Below are positions 13,909 through 28,530 of a stretch of 64,000 nucleotides of DNA, piece by piece. Every line of letters begins with the position of its first letter. Position 1 is the stretch's first letter. This stretch comes from Octopus vulgaris (lineage: Eukaryota): NCBI GenBank assembly GCA_951406725.2, contig OX597831.1, positions 24,676,001-24,740,000 of the forward strand, written 5' to 3'. Both the position numbers and the translations under genes were made by a program. Below the pieces are notes generated by a model. It was given only the letters and a program-made list of their open reading frames with translations, had not been told where the DNA came from and searched no databases.

Positions 13909-14628
13909 CCCTCACTCACTAACACAGACACAGCATAAAGAAACATCTATACACAAAGAATGTTATAGTTGAATATAAATTTGAGATGTTCTTGGGAAGT
14001 CTTTAATTATAACAAGTTGTCTAATGAACCAATGAGTATGAAATTAATTTTGACCAGATTTTTCAGAAATACTCTTGTCAGTTTAAAGATGCTAATGAAA
14101 AGCAAGAAAATTCTCTAATGAGAATTCTTCAAGTTCAGTCTGAAATTGTCAAGACAGCAGCATTTATTGATATTATAAAAGGGAAAAAATTTATATATAC
14201 ACTTTCTTCAGTTATTTCAGAAATATAGATTTTTCAATAATTTCAAATTTTATTAATAAAAATTTTCATGGAATCTTGGGAGAAAGATCCCAGGAGTAAA
14301 TACTGACAACCAGTGGAATTTGTGATTGTTGTTGTTTAGCATTAATCCTGCAGAACTATGATCAAAAGCATTCCAGGAATGATTGCTAATTTTGTTGTAT
14401 ATAGCTGTATGTATTTTCCTTTTAATTTAGGTGAGTGATTTAAGGTGGCAAGCTTGGCAGAATCATTAGAATTCTGTAAGAAATGTCCAGTGAGATTTCT
14501 TGCATTATTTTCTTTTCTGAATTCAAATCTCACTGAGGTCAAGTTTGCTTATTATCATTTTGAGGTCAATAAGTTAAAATCCAGTCAAATATTGGGATAA
14601 ATGGTGTCAACTACCTAATCTCTTCAGT

Positions 14629-14796
14629 TACTCTCTTTTACACTTTTACTTGTTTCAGTCATTTGACTGTGGCCATGCTGGAGCACCACCTTTTTAGTCG
14701 AGCAAATCGACCCCAGGACTTATTCCTTGTAAGCCTAGTACTTATTCTATCGGACTCTTTTGCTGAACCACTAAGTTACAGGGACGTAAACACCCC
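14629..14796 (-). mobile_element. SINE family A, 3' part only
   Basis: Tail and distal body of family A. Confidence 0.85.
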
Positions 14797-14814
14797 AATA
14801 ATAATGGACTCTCC

Positions 14815-15080
14815 CATCAAAGATGATGTACAGGTGTTCTGCTCCTGCAAACTGGCCTGTACAAATGATTTGTTTATAGTGATCAAATGTGTGTGCCAGC
14901 AAATCAGTATTGCTTGAACAGCTGCATGGTGTACCACATGTTAAGTGTTGAAGTGATCACAGAGCTACATGAGATAAAGTGTTTTGCTCAATAACACAAT
15001 GCACCACCTGGTCTAGAAATTGAAACCATATTGTCATGGTTGTGAGTACAACACCTTAACCACTAAGCCATGTGTCCTCA
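14815..15080 (-). mobile_element. SINE family E, diverged
   Basis: Homologous to 7205-7396; the head reads 'catggcttagtggttaagg' on the minus strand. Confidence 0.7.
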
Positions 15081-15092
15081 CTAATAATAATG

Positions 15093-15153
<61 letters not shown>

Positions 15154-15167
15154 CGATGATGATAATT

Positions 15168-15376
15168 TTAAATTTTGCCACAAGGGCAGCAACTTTGGGG
15201 GAGGGAGTGAATCGATTACATCGACCCCAGTGTTCAACTGGTACTTATTTTATTAATTCCTAAAAGATGAAAGGTAAAGTCAACCTTGGTGGAATCTGAA
15301 CTCAGAACATAGTGGTTGGGGAAATACTGCTAAGCATTTCATCCAGCATGCTAATGATTCTACCAGCTACCAGCTC
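15168..15376 (-). mobile_element. SINE family B, diverged
   Basis: Reverse complement of the 'gagctggcagaa..gttagca...ttctgagttcaaattcc...ctttcatc' family. Confidence 0.75.
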
Positions 15377-15383
15377 ACAACCC

Positions 15384-15437
<54 letters not shown>

Positions 15438-15632
15438 CAACAACAATAATAATGGAATAGAATGCTCTGTAGAACTTCTACAGAAAGTTTGCCTCTTAGG
15501 GAAAGGAGAGATTACCAGGAGGGCTTTAAGCACTTGAAAGACTATTGAAAGCTTCTGGGTACCTAAGATTACAGGTAATAATCTGCTACCCACAAAAGAA
15601 CCTGAATCAAATCAATGACGATGATGATTTTG

Positions 15633-15693
<61 letters not shown>

Positions 15694-16163
15694 TGAAAAA
15701 TAATAATAATAAAAACAAAGAAAAAAAACAAACATAAGAAAAGAAAAGGCGTTGAAGTGTAATAATCTTGAAATCATTCTGAACCTTTCTTGATATTGAG
15801 CAATTATGGCTGAGAATGTCAGATACAAGTTCTCAATTATGTAAATGAAATGATTAAAACATGAATAACAACGACAACAACAACAACAAGTGATAGAAAA
15901 ATTCAAAATACAAATAGAAAATCAAACCAAAATCGTTGATCACAGAGAACTGTCAGTATTATTATACAGAGTCCTACAAGTGAAGAATTTCTGACATAAC
16001 TCTCAAAATATATTTGATTTCCTCCATTTTATTGATCTTCTGAAATTTTATTTTTGTTTCTTTTTATCTTTTTTTTATGATGGCATTTATGTATTTTGCT
16101 CCTCTCTCTGATACTCATTTCTCTTTCTTACTTACTTTCTTTCTTTCTCTTCCTCACTATCTC

Positions 16164-16480
<317 letters not shown>

Positions 16481-16638
16481 CACTAAATTCTTCTGTCTGT
16501 CTCTTTCTCTGTCTCTCACTCTCTCCACATCCTTAATTTGGTCAATTTATGTTGACTCATTTTGTTTTTTATTTTATTTTATGTTATATATATATATATA
16601 TATATATATGTATCTGTCACTCTGTCTCATTCACTTGC

Positions 16639-16678
<40 letters not shown>

Positions 16679-17061
16679 ACTTCTTTGTAGCCTTCAAGCT
16701 AAACTTGTTATTTCCTACCATTTTTAGGTGTGTCTGTAAAATTTCTGAAAGAATTCTTCATTCTTCAAAAATAAAATTGATAGGTAGTCTGAATACAGCA
16801 TATATTCTATAAATGCCTTCACTTCTCTTCCCTGTCGATTGTCATTTTTACCTCATCCACTCTTGAATTTTGTTCTTAAATTATTTGGGTTTTTTTTCTT
16901 TTTCTCAGTTGATATTGGTAGAGACTTTTTTCTGTATTTTAGTGTTATATAATGGTAAAAAAAAAATGTAATATATTGATTGTGTAGGGAAATTTTTTTT
17001 TTTAAATGCTGTTGGACTCTTGTAAACAAAAGCATAAAGAAAATCTATAACTTGTAGGGAT

Positions 17062-17092
<31 letters not shown>

Positions 17093-17397
17093 GCATATGT
17101 ATGTATGTATATTTGTGTATTTTCATTAACTGGCTACCATAATTGAAGATAACCATGGCAATTAGCTTTTGTTGTGAGTGTTCTTTGGGACAAAGCCACG
17201 GACCTTATAATTAGCTGTAAATATAGGAATGGAGCCAAGCCTAATGCAGTTTTTATGGACTGGAAGATGTAAATAGCTTTTTCATTGAATCAGTATTTTA
17301 TCTAAGCAACTGTTTACATACGTACAACACTGCAATTCACCCACGTATGCTGTGTTACAAAAGGTATCATTGCCTTTGTGGCTAGAGTCATATTTAA

Positions 17398-17432
<35 letters not shown>

Positions 17433-18161
17433 TCATGCACATCAATTGTTACACCTCTATTCTTTTGTCTAATAAATATCACTGTCCCTATGCTCTTTCT
17501 CTCTTCCTTCCCCAAACATCGTATATCTGTGACCTGGTCGCTCCGATAATTCATTCACTCTGTTATATATTTGCAGTTTGATCAGCAGCATAGCAGCATC
17601 ATATTTGCCATTTATTAAGCAAATTCACTTTTGCCATTCATTTCCTTTATTCCTTGTTATAAAGCTGTGCCAAAGTCTTTTGTCATGCATCTATGACCTG
17701 GTCGCTCGTATCTACTCGACTTTGCACAAGAGGCAAATGATATGAACGATTCTCTTTCATGTGTCAACTGGCAAAAATAGAAGAATTATTATATGAACAT
17801 TAGAAATACAGGCTCAGGGTATAACTTTAGGATCACATCTGGGAAGAAAGCAAGCTTAATTAATGGTTATTTGGTTAGTCATCTTTCTACAAGTAAGTGG
17901 ATATGAAAAAATATTACAGCATTTTGTATAATATCATGACCTTTTCTCTCAATTTCAATTAGTTCCACTTAAATTATGACAGTCAGAAAACCTTGATACT
18001 GGCCCTTGTCATGTAAGAAATAACAGCCACTGCAGCATCAGATCACACAGTACTAGATTCCAGAGAAGGAAGATCAAATCAGACAACTGAACTTTCATTG
18101 TCTGTAATAGTATAATATTTACAAATAAATAATATAAATCAACTAGATCTCTACCAATATC

Positions 18162-18221
<60 letters not shown>

Positions 18222-18302
18222 TAATAATATTAGGGAATATGATTCCAAACTTACATGGAAAAATTCAATTTAGTAATACTAAATCAAATTTCACAATATA
18301 TG

Positions 18303-18620
18303 ATACATGTATATAAATTAGAGAAGAACCACCACGTAGCAATTCAAAAATGATATACTTCAATCATACCATATAGAGAAAAATTAAAGATATGATAAAA
18401 CATTTACCTAAAACTAAACAAAGTACTAATAATAAATAGTATATAATTAGTAAATAGACATTTAATTTTACCAATTATATACTATTTATTTATTATTTAG
18501 TACTTTATTTAGTTTTAGGTAAATGTTTTATCGTATCTTTAATTTTTTTTCTGTGTGGTATGACTTAAGCATATCATTGTTGAATTGCCTCATGGTGGTT
18601 TTTTCTAATTTATATACATG

Positions 18621-18623
<3 letters not shown>
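18303..18623. repeat. Long imperfect palindrome (foldback), arms ~150 bp
   Basis: For example 'gataaaacatttacctaaaactaaa' pairs with 'tttagttttaggtaaatgttttatc', and terminal 'atacatgtatataaattag' pairs with 'ctaatttatatacatgtat'. Confidence 0.9.
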
Positions 18624-19068
<445 letters not shown>

Positions 19069-21717
19069 GTATGTATATGTATATATATATATAAACGACA
19101 AATTAAGTTTTAGTCTCTTTGTGAAGTATGCATCTAATAAAGTAAGAAATCAGTGAAAGTTACAGCAAAAACAAAACATCAATATATAATATTCGTTCTT
19201 CATTCCAGCCTTCCTCTGTTTCTGTACAAATTAGAGATTATGCTATAAATCTCAGCATGCCTGGTTCACGTTAAATTCCATCTGCACTTTATGGCTAAGG
19301 GCCAAGCAATTAGTTTTAAAGAAGTGATGTCTTGGTTGTAAAATTAAATGTTCCAGCATGACACAGTTGTTCGGAATTTACCAAAATGAGAGAAGTAACT
19401 CATGAAATACCAATCCATCATTGGTCAGTGGATATCAAAGAGGAATAAGAAACTTCTAGCATCACTATTACCTTTATAATCACTGTCATCCATCTTAATT
19501 ATTACCATCACCCTATTGTCATCCCCACCACCACCACCTTCGTCTTCGTAGTCTTCTTAATTATTACTACCACCACCACCACCACTATTCATTATTACTA
19601 TGGCCCACTCCCTGAGCATTATAATCATCCTCGTTATATTTGTCGTCACTATAATCTTACTTCCTGCTCCCTCTTCCACATCGTTATCATTTTCTAGTTT
19701 CCCATACCGGCACCAATTAGACAGTCAATCACAATTAGTATCAAATCAACCGTGTTATAAGTGTAATGATAATGAATAGATCAAAGCACGATTGATTAGG
19801 GAAAGGAGAAAATATTTCACAGCTAGATCCTGCAACACGTCTCTCGGGAGGCTCCCATTCTCCTAAATATGTGTCTTACTGTGACAGCTTATTCTTCACA
19901 GCTGCATATGGAACATTAGCCAGCAACAGCAATGTTGCCACTTGAATTTGGCAGCATCTGAAATTGTGCCATTAATTTGTGTTGTGTCTGGAATATTTGA
20001 TGAAGAATTTATATAGGCAAGTGAGAAGTATTTAGTACTGACACCTAATAAAATAGCCACGGCTTCATTACAATTCTAGAAGTTGCTATTATTCTTTAGC
20101 CCCCGGTCAGCTATGGTCAAGTGGACTTATAAATCGAAGACATTCTGTGGCCACTTCATCTTTTACCATCATGCAGGGAACTAAGGTCCACATTATTTTG
20201 AGCACTTTCTTTTAACGTGGTTGAGTGTGATTAATGAAAAAGAGTAAAGTGGATGACACTGACCCTGCTGAGGCAGTGGAAAGATCCAGGAGCATTGAAG
20301 AAAAATGGGGCAATAATTAAGTGGCTAAAAGGTATCAATGGATGTAAAAAAGAAAAAAAAATAATGCAGAAAGTGGTCTGTATTTGTGGTGGTGAGTGGT
20401 GGTGAGGTGCATCAGTTTTGACAGAATAATGTGACTGCTAATGGACTGAGCAGGTTGAGTGTCCAAAGAGTCATTCTGTTGTTGTTGTTGTTATTGAGAC
20501 TCAGATCAGCTTTAACAAAATTATTACACATTTTTGTGTTATATCAGGCTTTTCCATCTATCTTTTTAGTATTACTCCTTGTTACTTCCAGCATCCCGTG
20601 CTGATTGGAAGTTTCATGAAATGGATGTATCTTTTAATTAACTCCCACTCTTTCCATCATCTTACTTTGTGCCATCTAAAAATGAAATTAAATGCATGGA
20701 GAACCATGAAGTACAGATAATGTGTACTCACTGCTTAAAGATTCATAACAGATTTACTGAGATTACTTTGATTAATTTGCTGTTTTGCTCAAAAATATTG
20801 TCAAGATTTCTCTTTTTTTTTTTGTTGTTATCAAAATATAACTTAAATGAATTCTCATTAGTAGTAGCTAATTATAATTATTATATAATTACAATTCTTG
20901 CTCTTTTCATCTTCTAAATTAGATGAGAATTCCAACAATATTATCTGCAGTTTTAATAATTAGAAATTATAATTGAAATGTGTATCTTTATTTGTGTTCT
21001 TATCTTTACCGAAATGTGGAGTATCACAGCTAAAATGGTACGTTAGGTGCCAACACCTTCTGGTTGAGTTGGTGGGATGAGCACCTCATGTTATTTAAAT
21101 GAGCATTTAGTTTCCTTTCCTTTTATAGCTGATAAGCAAATCTTGGAAATACCAACTTTTTCATACATATTAGAAAGATGCAGCAAATTTCATGTTCTTG
21201 TAGTTATCAGATCTATTTTGGAATTGGTTGTTTGGTTTTGATTTAACTCCTACTCTTGGTAATTGATTCTAGCTTGTATGGATCATGTCCAAGATCATTT
21301 GCTGTCTTGTTGCTTCACCTGTTGAATAATTTATATGATTGGCCAATCCTATGCTGGGATGTAGTAGTTGTTGTTGTTGCTTACCTTCAGATAAACCCTG
21401 ATTGAATAAACCAATGATCAAAGGTATTCAAAGCATATCCTACCATCTTCGTTTAAAATATAATGTATCCAGAACTACATTATCCTGAAAGCACATATTT
21501 CCTTCCATTTTTAAGATCTTTCCTTCCATTTTTAAGATAGTCTCATTGCTTTAAAATAAGGCAATAAAATGTAATTTGAAGATGGTTTGGCTGCTATTTC
21601 TAACAAGTTCAATCACAATGTAAAGCACCCTGACCTCAATGGTTCAAGGTGGCTTCAGAATGTTTGTTGGTGACTAAGATATTAAAGAGTTTGATAAAAG
21701 TTTGGTTGCTATTTCTA

Positions 21718-21917
21718 GTAGGTTGAGTGATCACACAGAGGCTCCCTTCTTTAAATTAAAATTACCATATAAATTCACAAGTAAGGTGTTTGTTGAGCCT
21801 AAGGTAAGAGATCCCCGATATAGTAGAAGTCAAAAAGATTGTAGCAAAAAATATTAATTTCATTAAAAAAAAGTGGGGAGCTAAAGAAGGGAGCCTCTGT
21901 GTGATCACTCAACCTAC
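21718..21917. repeat. Perfect 36-bp inverted repeat with 128-nt spacer
   Basis: 21718-21753 'gtaggttgagtgatcacacagaggctcccttcttta' is the exact reverse complement of 21882-21917. Confidence 0.9.
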
Positions 21918-22117
21918 AAGAACCATAGATGTGTGGTTCCCAAATAACATTTACCATATTTCTGAGAGCAGTGACAGGGGACAAATACACACACACACAC
22001 ACAGCTTCTGTCTACCAGATGCATTGACAAGGCTTCACTTATAGTAGAAGACTCTTACCCAAGGTGTCACACAATGGGACTGAACCCAGAACTCTGTAAT
22101 TGGGAAGCAAGCTTCTT

Positions 22118-22340
22118 TATTGCTCACAAGGGGCTAAATGAAGAGGGGACAAACAAGGACAGACAGAGGGATTAAGTCAATTACATCGACTGCAGTGCGT
22201 AACTGGTACTTAATTTATCGACACCGAAAGGATGAAAGGCAAAGTCGACCTTGGCGGAATTTGAACTCAGAAAGTAAAGACAGTTGAAATACGGCTAAGC
22301 ATTTTGCACGGTGTGCTAAGATTTCTGCCAGCTCGCCGCC
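22118..22340 (-). mobile_element. SINE family B inserted into a SINE-A head (host ~21975-22370)
   Basis: The family-A sequence '...gggaagcaagcttctt|accacacagcc' is split by a family-B copy, with CTTCTT on both sides. Confidence 0.85.
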
Positions 22341-23247
22341 CTTCTTACCACACAGCCATGCCTGCACCTAGGTCATAATACCAAAGAAGAGTCAGTGCTA
22401 ATCACACACGAGAGCACTTTTTGCTTTTATTTTTCATCAGCTGATTGTGTAAAAACCTTACGTTGCATAAATATTTTTTTCTTGTGACAAAAGTATATGT
22501 GTGTACACTGAATGGATAATACATATAATTATTAATGACTTCCTCCTTTTAGGCTGCAAACATTTCATGTATACATAATTTTCTTCTTGTGTTCCCATTC
22601 ATTTATTTTAGTCTACTGCTTGCAATTGTGTTAGCATATGAGCACATGTACCAATATCTTTTACTGTGATTACACGACCCATAATCATAGGTATATCTTA
22701 TATACGATTGCATGTCAATCAAGAATGTATTTGTTTTTTAGTTCAAGAGTAATATTAGTTACTTAAGTTATACCTGGAGAGTATTGCTTAAAATTTACAT
22801 CATTATCAGTGATCACACCCATGCTGTCAGGTGTTTCAACTACATTGTCCCTCATTTGATTAAATTAGTCAGGAGTGTTTTCTACATCAATTAAGAGGAG
22901 TTGGTAGCTTATACAGAATTTCTTTGCAACTAACCTTCTCGGTGATTTCTCGAATATATTAGTTTACCGACAAAAAACTTCACGCCAATGTGAGTCATTG
23001 AGGCCAGGGTGTATTACATGGTCATTCAACTTACTTGAAGTAGTAGTCAAATCTTCCTCAAGTCACACCTCGTTGCCTTACTCTAAAGCAATGAGACATA
23101 AGATGATGTAGTCCCTGATCTACTATGCTTGCAAAGAGTATATCAGTACTGTTAATGTTGAAATGGTTTTCACAAGAGTACAACTAAATCAGGACTGATC
23201 TGAGATTAAACCACTCATAATCTGCCTTCTGCAGTTTTGTGGCTTTC

Positions 23248-23290
<43 letters not shown>

Positions 23291-23487
23291 TATATATATA
23301 TAAGATACAGATAAGGAAATAATTTTCTTCTCAAATGCAGGATAATGCTATTTCAGTACATCTCAATGCTTCTAAAGCAAACTTCATTTGTTGACTTTTA
23401 ATGTAAGTTGAATTTACATATATATATATATGTATATATGTGTGTGTGTGTGTGTATTTATGCATGTTTAGACAGATGTACAGACAG

Positions 23488-23488
23488 G

Positions 23489-23560
<72 letters not shown>

Positions 23561-23613
23561 AAAATAGATAGATATACAGACAAACAGACAGACAAGCAGA
23601 CAGGTAGATAGAT

Positions 23614-23692
<79 letters not shown>

Positions 23693-23704
23693 CAGATAGG
23701 TAGA
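23488..23704. repeat. (GATA)n/(GACA)n microsatellite
   Basis: Direct inspection. Confidence 0.95.
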
Positions 23705-24524
23705 AAGATGTTAAATAAATGACAAGGGAACAGAAATTCTGAGGAAGTTGTAAGGTGATGCATCGGTTCCTAATTCTATATGCACTGCAGCTTATAAATG
23801 AAACTGCTGTAAGCTAATGAAACTGATTACATAATTCCTGTTCCTTTGTTATTTATTTGACTTTGTATTATGCTCTGTACTTGCCTAATGCTTTATTCTG
23901 AAGCTAACATCAGGTTAGTAATATTGCTAAGGTTAAGTAAAATCTTAAGGCTGTTTGTGTATGTATGTATATATATATATATATAAATATGCATACACAC
24001 ACACATACAGTAGGGAAGAGAAAGAGAGATAGAAAGATGGACAGACGAATTAAATCTTATTTACTGCTGATCTCTCAACAGGGTAGCATAAGAATTGTGG
24101 CATCTCAGTGTAATAAAAGCAAGATTTTTTAAAACTCTTTCTTGTGACATACAGTGATTCTTGCATATACCTACTGAGGAAGGTAAAGCAAAGTTCTTTA
24201 ATTAAATATTGTACTGAATACCTGTGATTGCATTTATGGTGGCAGGTAAGAACAATAGCTAATCACTGTAACACAGAATTCATCCACATAAGTTTATGTA
24301 TGCATATTTTGTGTGAGTAGGAATGTGTTCATGCTGTTCAGCTTCATTTCATCTACCATTATGTCATTTTGCATGCATGTATAAAATATACATTCTTCAA
24401 TTTACAATCACAAACACACACATAGATAAACACATAAATATTTATCGTTAAGCATACACACAAGTATATCACATGATAATCTATTTCTTAGATGAGTCAT
24501 TATCGTTATCATACACTAATATAA

Positions 24525-24725
24525 GGCGGCGAGCTGGCAGAATCGTTAGCATGCTGAACAAAACGCTTAACAGCATTTCGTCCGTTGCTATGTTCCGTGT
24601 TCAAATTCCGCCGAAGTCAACTTTACCCTTCATCCTTTCAGGGTCAGTAAATTAAGGGTTGATGTAATCGATTATTCCCCCTCCCCAAAATTTCAGGCTT
24701 TGTGCTTATTGTAGAAAGGGTTATT
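24525..24725 (+). mobile_element. SINE family B
   Basis: 'ggcggcgagctggcagaatcgttagc...ttcaaattccgccgaagtcaactttacccttcatcctttc'. Confidence 0.85.
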
Positions 24726-24759
24726 ATAGACTAATATAAAGGTGGAAGGCTGGCAGAAT

Positions 24760-24955
24760 TACTCTCTTACACTCTTTTACTTGTTTCAGTCATTTGACTG
24801 TGGCCATGCTGCAGCACCGCCTTTAGTCGAGCAAATCAATCCCAGGACTTATTCTTTGTAAGCCTAGCACTTATTCTATTGGTCTCTTTTACCGAACCGC
24901 TAAGTTACCGGGGTGCAATCACACCAGCATCGGTTGTCAAGCAACGTTGGGGGTA

Positions 24956-24960
<5 letters not shown>
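24760..24960 (-). mobile_element. SINE family A, 3' half, ending in (CA)n
   Basis: Family-A tail and body up to the internal microsatellite. Confidence 0.85.
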
Positions 24961-24992
<32 letters not shown>

Positions 24993-24993
24993 A

Positions 24994-25050
<57 letters not shown>

Positions 25051-25312
25051 TAGCCTGAGATAATTTTTAAAATGAGAATATCTGAAATAAACTCAACTGC
25101 TCTCACAAACATGAATGCTAAAATTCTCAAGAATTAAGTAAAAAAAAAATGGGAAAATAATCCAGAATCTTTGTCTGGTACAAGATCGAGCCCCACATCT
25201 AATCAGTTCATGCTGGTCATGAGGCCTGAAGGTTTCATCCGAATCCTCAGACAAACAAACACACAAACATGACTGAAAACAATACCTCCGCCTTTGCTAA
25301 AGTAGAGGAGAT
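25051..25312 (+). mobile_element. Helentron/HINE-like non-autonomous element end
   Basis: A 'gtttcatccgaatcc...(acaa)n...aacaatacctccgcctttgctaaagtagagg' 3' hairpin after a short microsatellite, typical of DINE-1/HINE-like ends. Confidence 0.5.
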
Positions 25313-25334
25313 GATGATAATAATAATAATAATG

Positions 25335-25375
<41 letters not shown>

Positions 25376-25500
25376 TGTAATAATAATAATAATAATATTT
25401 GTAATAATAATAATAATAATAATAATAATAGATAATAATAAAAATAATAGTAATAATAATAATAAAAATAGTAATTGTAATAATAATAATAATAATAATA

Positions 25501-25563
<63 letters not shown>

Positions 25564-25598
25564 GTAATAATAATAATTGTAATAATAATAAAAATAAT
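25310..25598. repeat. (AAT)n microsatellite
   Basis: Direct inspection. Confidence 0.95.
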
Positions 25599-25761
25599 AC
25601 TTTCTACTATAGGCACAAGGCCAGCAATTTTGGGGAGAGAAATATGTCAATTAGATCGATCCCAGTGCTCTTGAAGGCAATGCTCCAGCTTGGCCACAGT
25701 CAAATGACTGAAACAAGTAAAAGAATAAAAGCATCTATCTATCTATCTGTCTATCTATCTA

Positions 25762-25832
<71 letters not shown>

Positions 25833-26604
25833 GGATGGGGTATGCGTGTGCGTGTGGGTTTTCATTCAGTATTCAATGTATGTTTCTCAAGTAAAGGATT
25901 TCCTTCATTCCAACGGTTTTCAGAAGTGTAGAAAGACCACTCATAATATCATGTGCATGTGGTGGGGATGTATGTATGCGTGCATGCAAATAGATTAAAA
26001 GAAAGATAAGCATTCTCACATCTATATGTATGCATTACATAAACATACGTACAAGTGTGTGTGTGTGTATGTGTGTATGCACAGGCACACCAATGCAGAC
26101 TCACAAAAATACACACACACACACACATGCACACACGCACACACATGCACACACACATGCACACACACACACATACACAAGCACACACACACACGTATAT
26201 CACAAAAGCAGCCATGGGTTCTTAGATTTCACAATGTTATTTAATATTGAAATACAATTGTATTTTCAGAATTTTAATTAAAATTCCAACTTATCTGCAA
26301 CGTATTGTTCAGGGAAACCTAAAAATGTTAGATAACCATGACAATGAGGTCAAACATTATCTTTTTATGAAATTAAAAGCAAATATACAAATACTTGTGT
26401 GAATACGAGACGGCTGCTACCTGTGGCAGTATTGAAAACTGGACGCTACAATTGTGATTAGTGTCTATGATACTGATCAATGAAAGAGAAATTTAAATAT
26501 TATCTCTTGCTTTCACTTTCCGGCTTTTTCTTCATACACTGGCATACTTAAACATATATACACAAATATATATATATATATATATACACACCCATTCTTA
26601 CTTA

Positions 26605-26826
26605 TGAGGGGTTGCTGAAAAGTTCTTGGCTTTGAGTAAAAGAAAACACAGGAGGATCAGTTAATCATGATTTTATTCAACATATTCCCCTCTCAGATTC
26701 ACATGCTTATTACAGTGGTCCCTTAGTTTTCTTAAGCCCTGTAAAAAAGAACTCGGAAGTTTTGGGTCTCCAGACAGGCCTTTCATGATACTCTTAAAGC
26801 CAGGAACTTTTCAACGCCAACCCCCT
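26605..26826. mobile_element. mariner-like MITE copy 1 (~215 bp)
   Basis: TIRs 'gaggggttgctgaaaagttcttggcttt' / 'aaagccaggaacttttcaacgcc..ccc', flanked by TA. Confidence 0.8.
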
Positions 26827-26866
26827 TATATACACACACACACATACACACACACACACAAACACA

Positions 26867-27080
26867 CGAGGGATGCTGTAAAATTCCTGGCTTTGGGTCA
26901 AAGAAAATACAGGGGGATCAGTTAATTACGATTTTATGCAACATATTTCCCTCTCAGATACACACACTTATTGCAAAAGTTCTTCAGTTTTACTTAGACC
27001 TGTAAAAGAACTTGGAAGTTTGGACCTCAAGCCAGGCTTTTTGCATTACCCTTAAAGCCAGGAAATTTTCAGCACCCTCA
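26867..27080. mobile_element. mariner-like MITE copy 2
   Basis: Homologous to copy 1 over its full length. Confidence 0.8.
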
Positions 27081-27526
27081 CATATGCTAATGTGTCTGTA
27101 TACACTTTTATTGGTTTCATTCATGTTATATCAAGGAAGAATCTGAACCCCAAATATTTAAGAATGGAACCAAATACCACAACATACCTTGTTTTTATGT
27201 TCTACTAATATTTGCTATTCAAGAAACAGCATTCACAGAATAAACATAACAGAAGATACATAAAATAGAGCCTAAAAACAACTAGGGATAAATGGGAGTG
27301 ATTATGAAAGGTCGATGGTAAACTGGAACGATTGGAGACCTTTTGGTAATATATTAGTAGGCGTAGGAGTGGCTGTGTGGTAAGATTTCTAGTCTTCCAT
27401 ACCAGCTAACTCTGTCTCCATTACAACCTTAATCTTTGTACTTTCCAATGCCACTGACTATTCACTAAAACATCAGGTTGTTCTTGAAGAAAGGAAATGT
27501 AAGAAAATCGTCGAATTTAGCCAGAA

Positions 27527-27734
27527 CGAGAGGATACTGAAAAGTTCCTTGCTTTAGGTAATAGAAAATACAGGAGTATTACTCAATTACAAATTTATTT
27601 AACTTATTCTCCTCTCAGATTCATACCCTTGTCACAGTACTCATTCAGTTTTTCCAAGCCCTGTAAAAGAACTTGGAAATTGGGTCTCTAATCAGGCCTT
27701 TCTTGAAGGCCAGGAACTTTTCGGCACTCTCTCA
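27527..27734. mobile_element. mariner-like MITE copy 3
   Basis: Homologous to copies 1 and 2, in the same orientation. Confidence 0.8.
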
Positions 27735-28132
27735 TACTCACACACACACACACACACTTGGGGGTGTATATATGTCTGTGTATGCATGTGATATAGACAT
27801 GGCTAAATGTTCTAGAAGTTTGCTTTGCCATGATTAGATCCCAAGTTTGATTCCACTGCTTGACAACTTAGTGAGGTACCTTGTGCTACATACTATAATC
27901 TTCAATCACTCCAAGCTCAGTGAGTGCAACTATATCGAAGCCTCTCTGATGGTCTACATCTATAATTCAAAGGTCCTTCCTTGTTGCCTAATTTGTTACA
28001 CTGATACTGAGAAATGGTTACATTGAGTACATGCAACTTACACTATATACCAAGGAATATGTAGTTCTATTGCTCAAAATGATAGGAATACTCATTGTTG
28101 AAACAGGCAGAGAATTGATTTACTTTATTACT

Positions 28133-28530
28133 TACTAGCAGTTTAGCCTAGCGTTGCTCAAGCTTGTTTTCTTTTCGACCCTTTAGAATTGAAATTTTTG
28201 AAAAGTAAAATTTTGCATTATGTAGCTTGTTATTCTCTTTAAGTGAACATTTTTCAGGTTGAAATACACCGAAAAATGATGACACAGGAGTAAAAAAAAT
28301 GTAAAAAATAGGGATTTTCATAGAAAAAAACACCTTTTTGATGTAAATAATTTTTGGTGTTAACATGGTCCGATTTGAATTTTTTCTTCTACGGAAGGAA
28401 AAGTAAGCCTTCTTCTATCATACTTCCAATTTTGGTCAACTTGTGCTGCAGGGTCTTGGAGGAGATAGTGTTAGTTGAAGGCTACCAAACCTGCCATACA
28501 CAGATAACTTCAGCTTTATATATATATAGA
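28133..28530. mobile_element. Non-autonomous Helitron-like element
   Basis: Begins 'tactagcagt..gcctagcgttgctc' and ends 'cagataacttcagctttatatatatatagat', a layout typical of invertebrate non-autonomous Helitrons. Confidence 0.6.

Noticed and set aside
22917-22989. 73-nt open segment with a GTGAGT donor
   Set aside because: The pyrimidine tract is weak, the peptide is unrecognised, and joining it to the 41110 candidate creates TAA.
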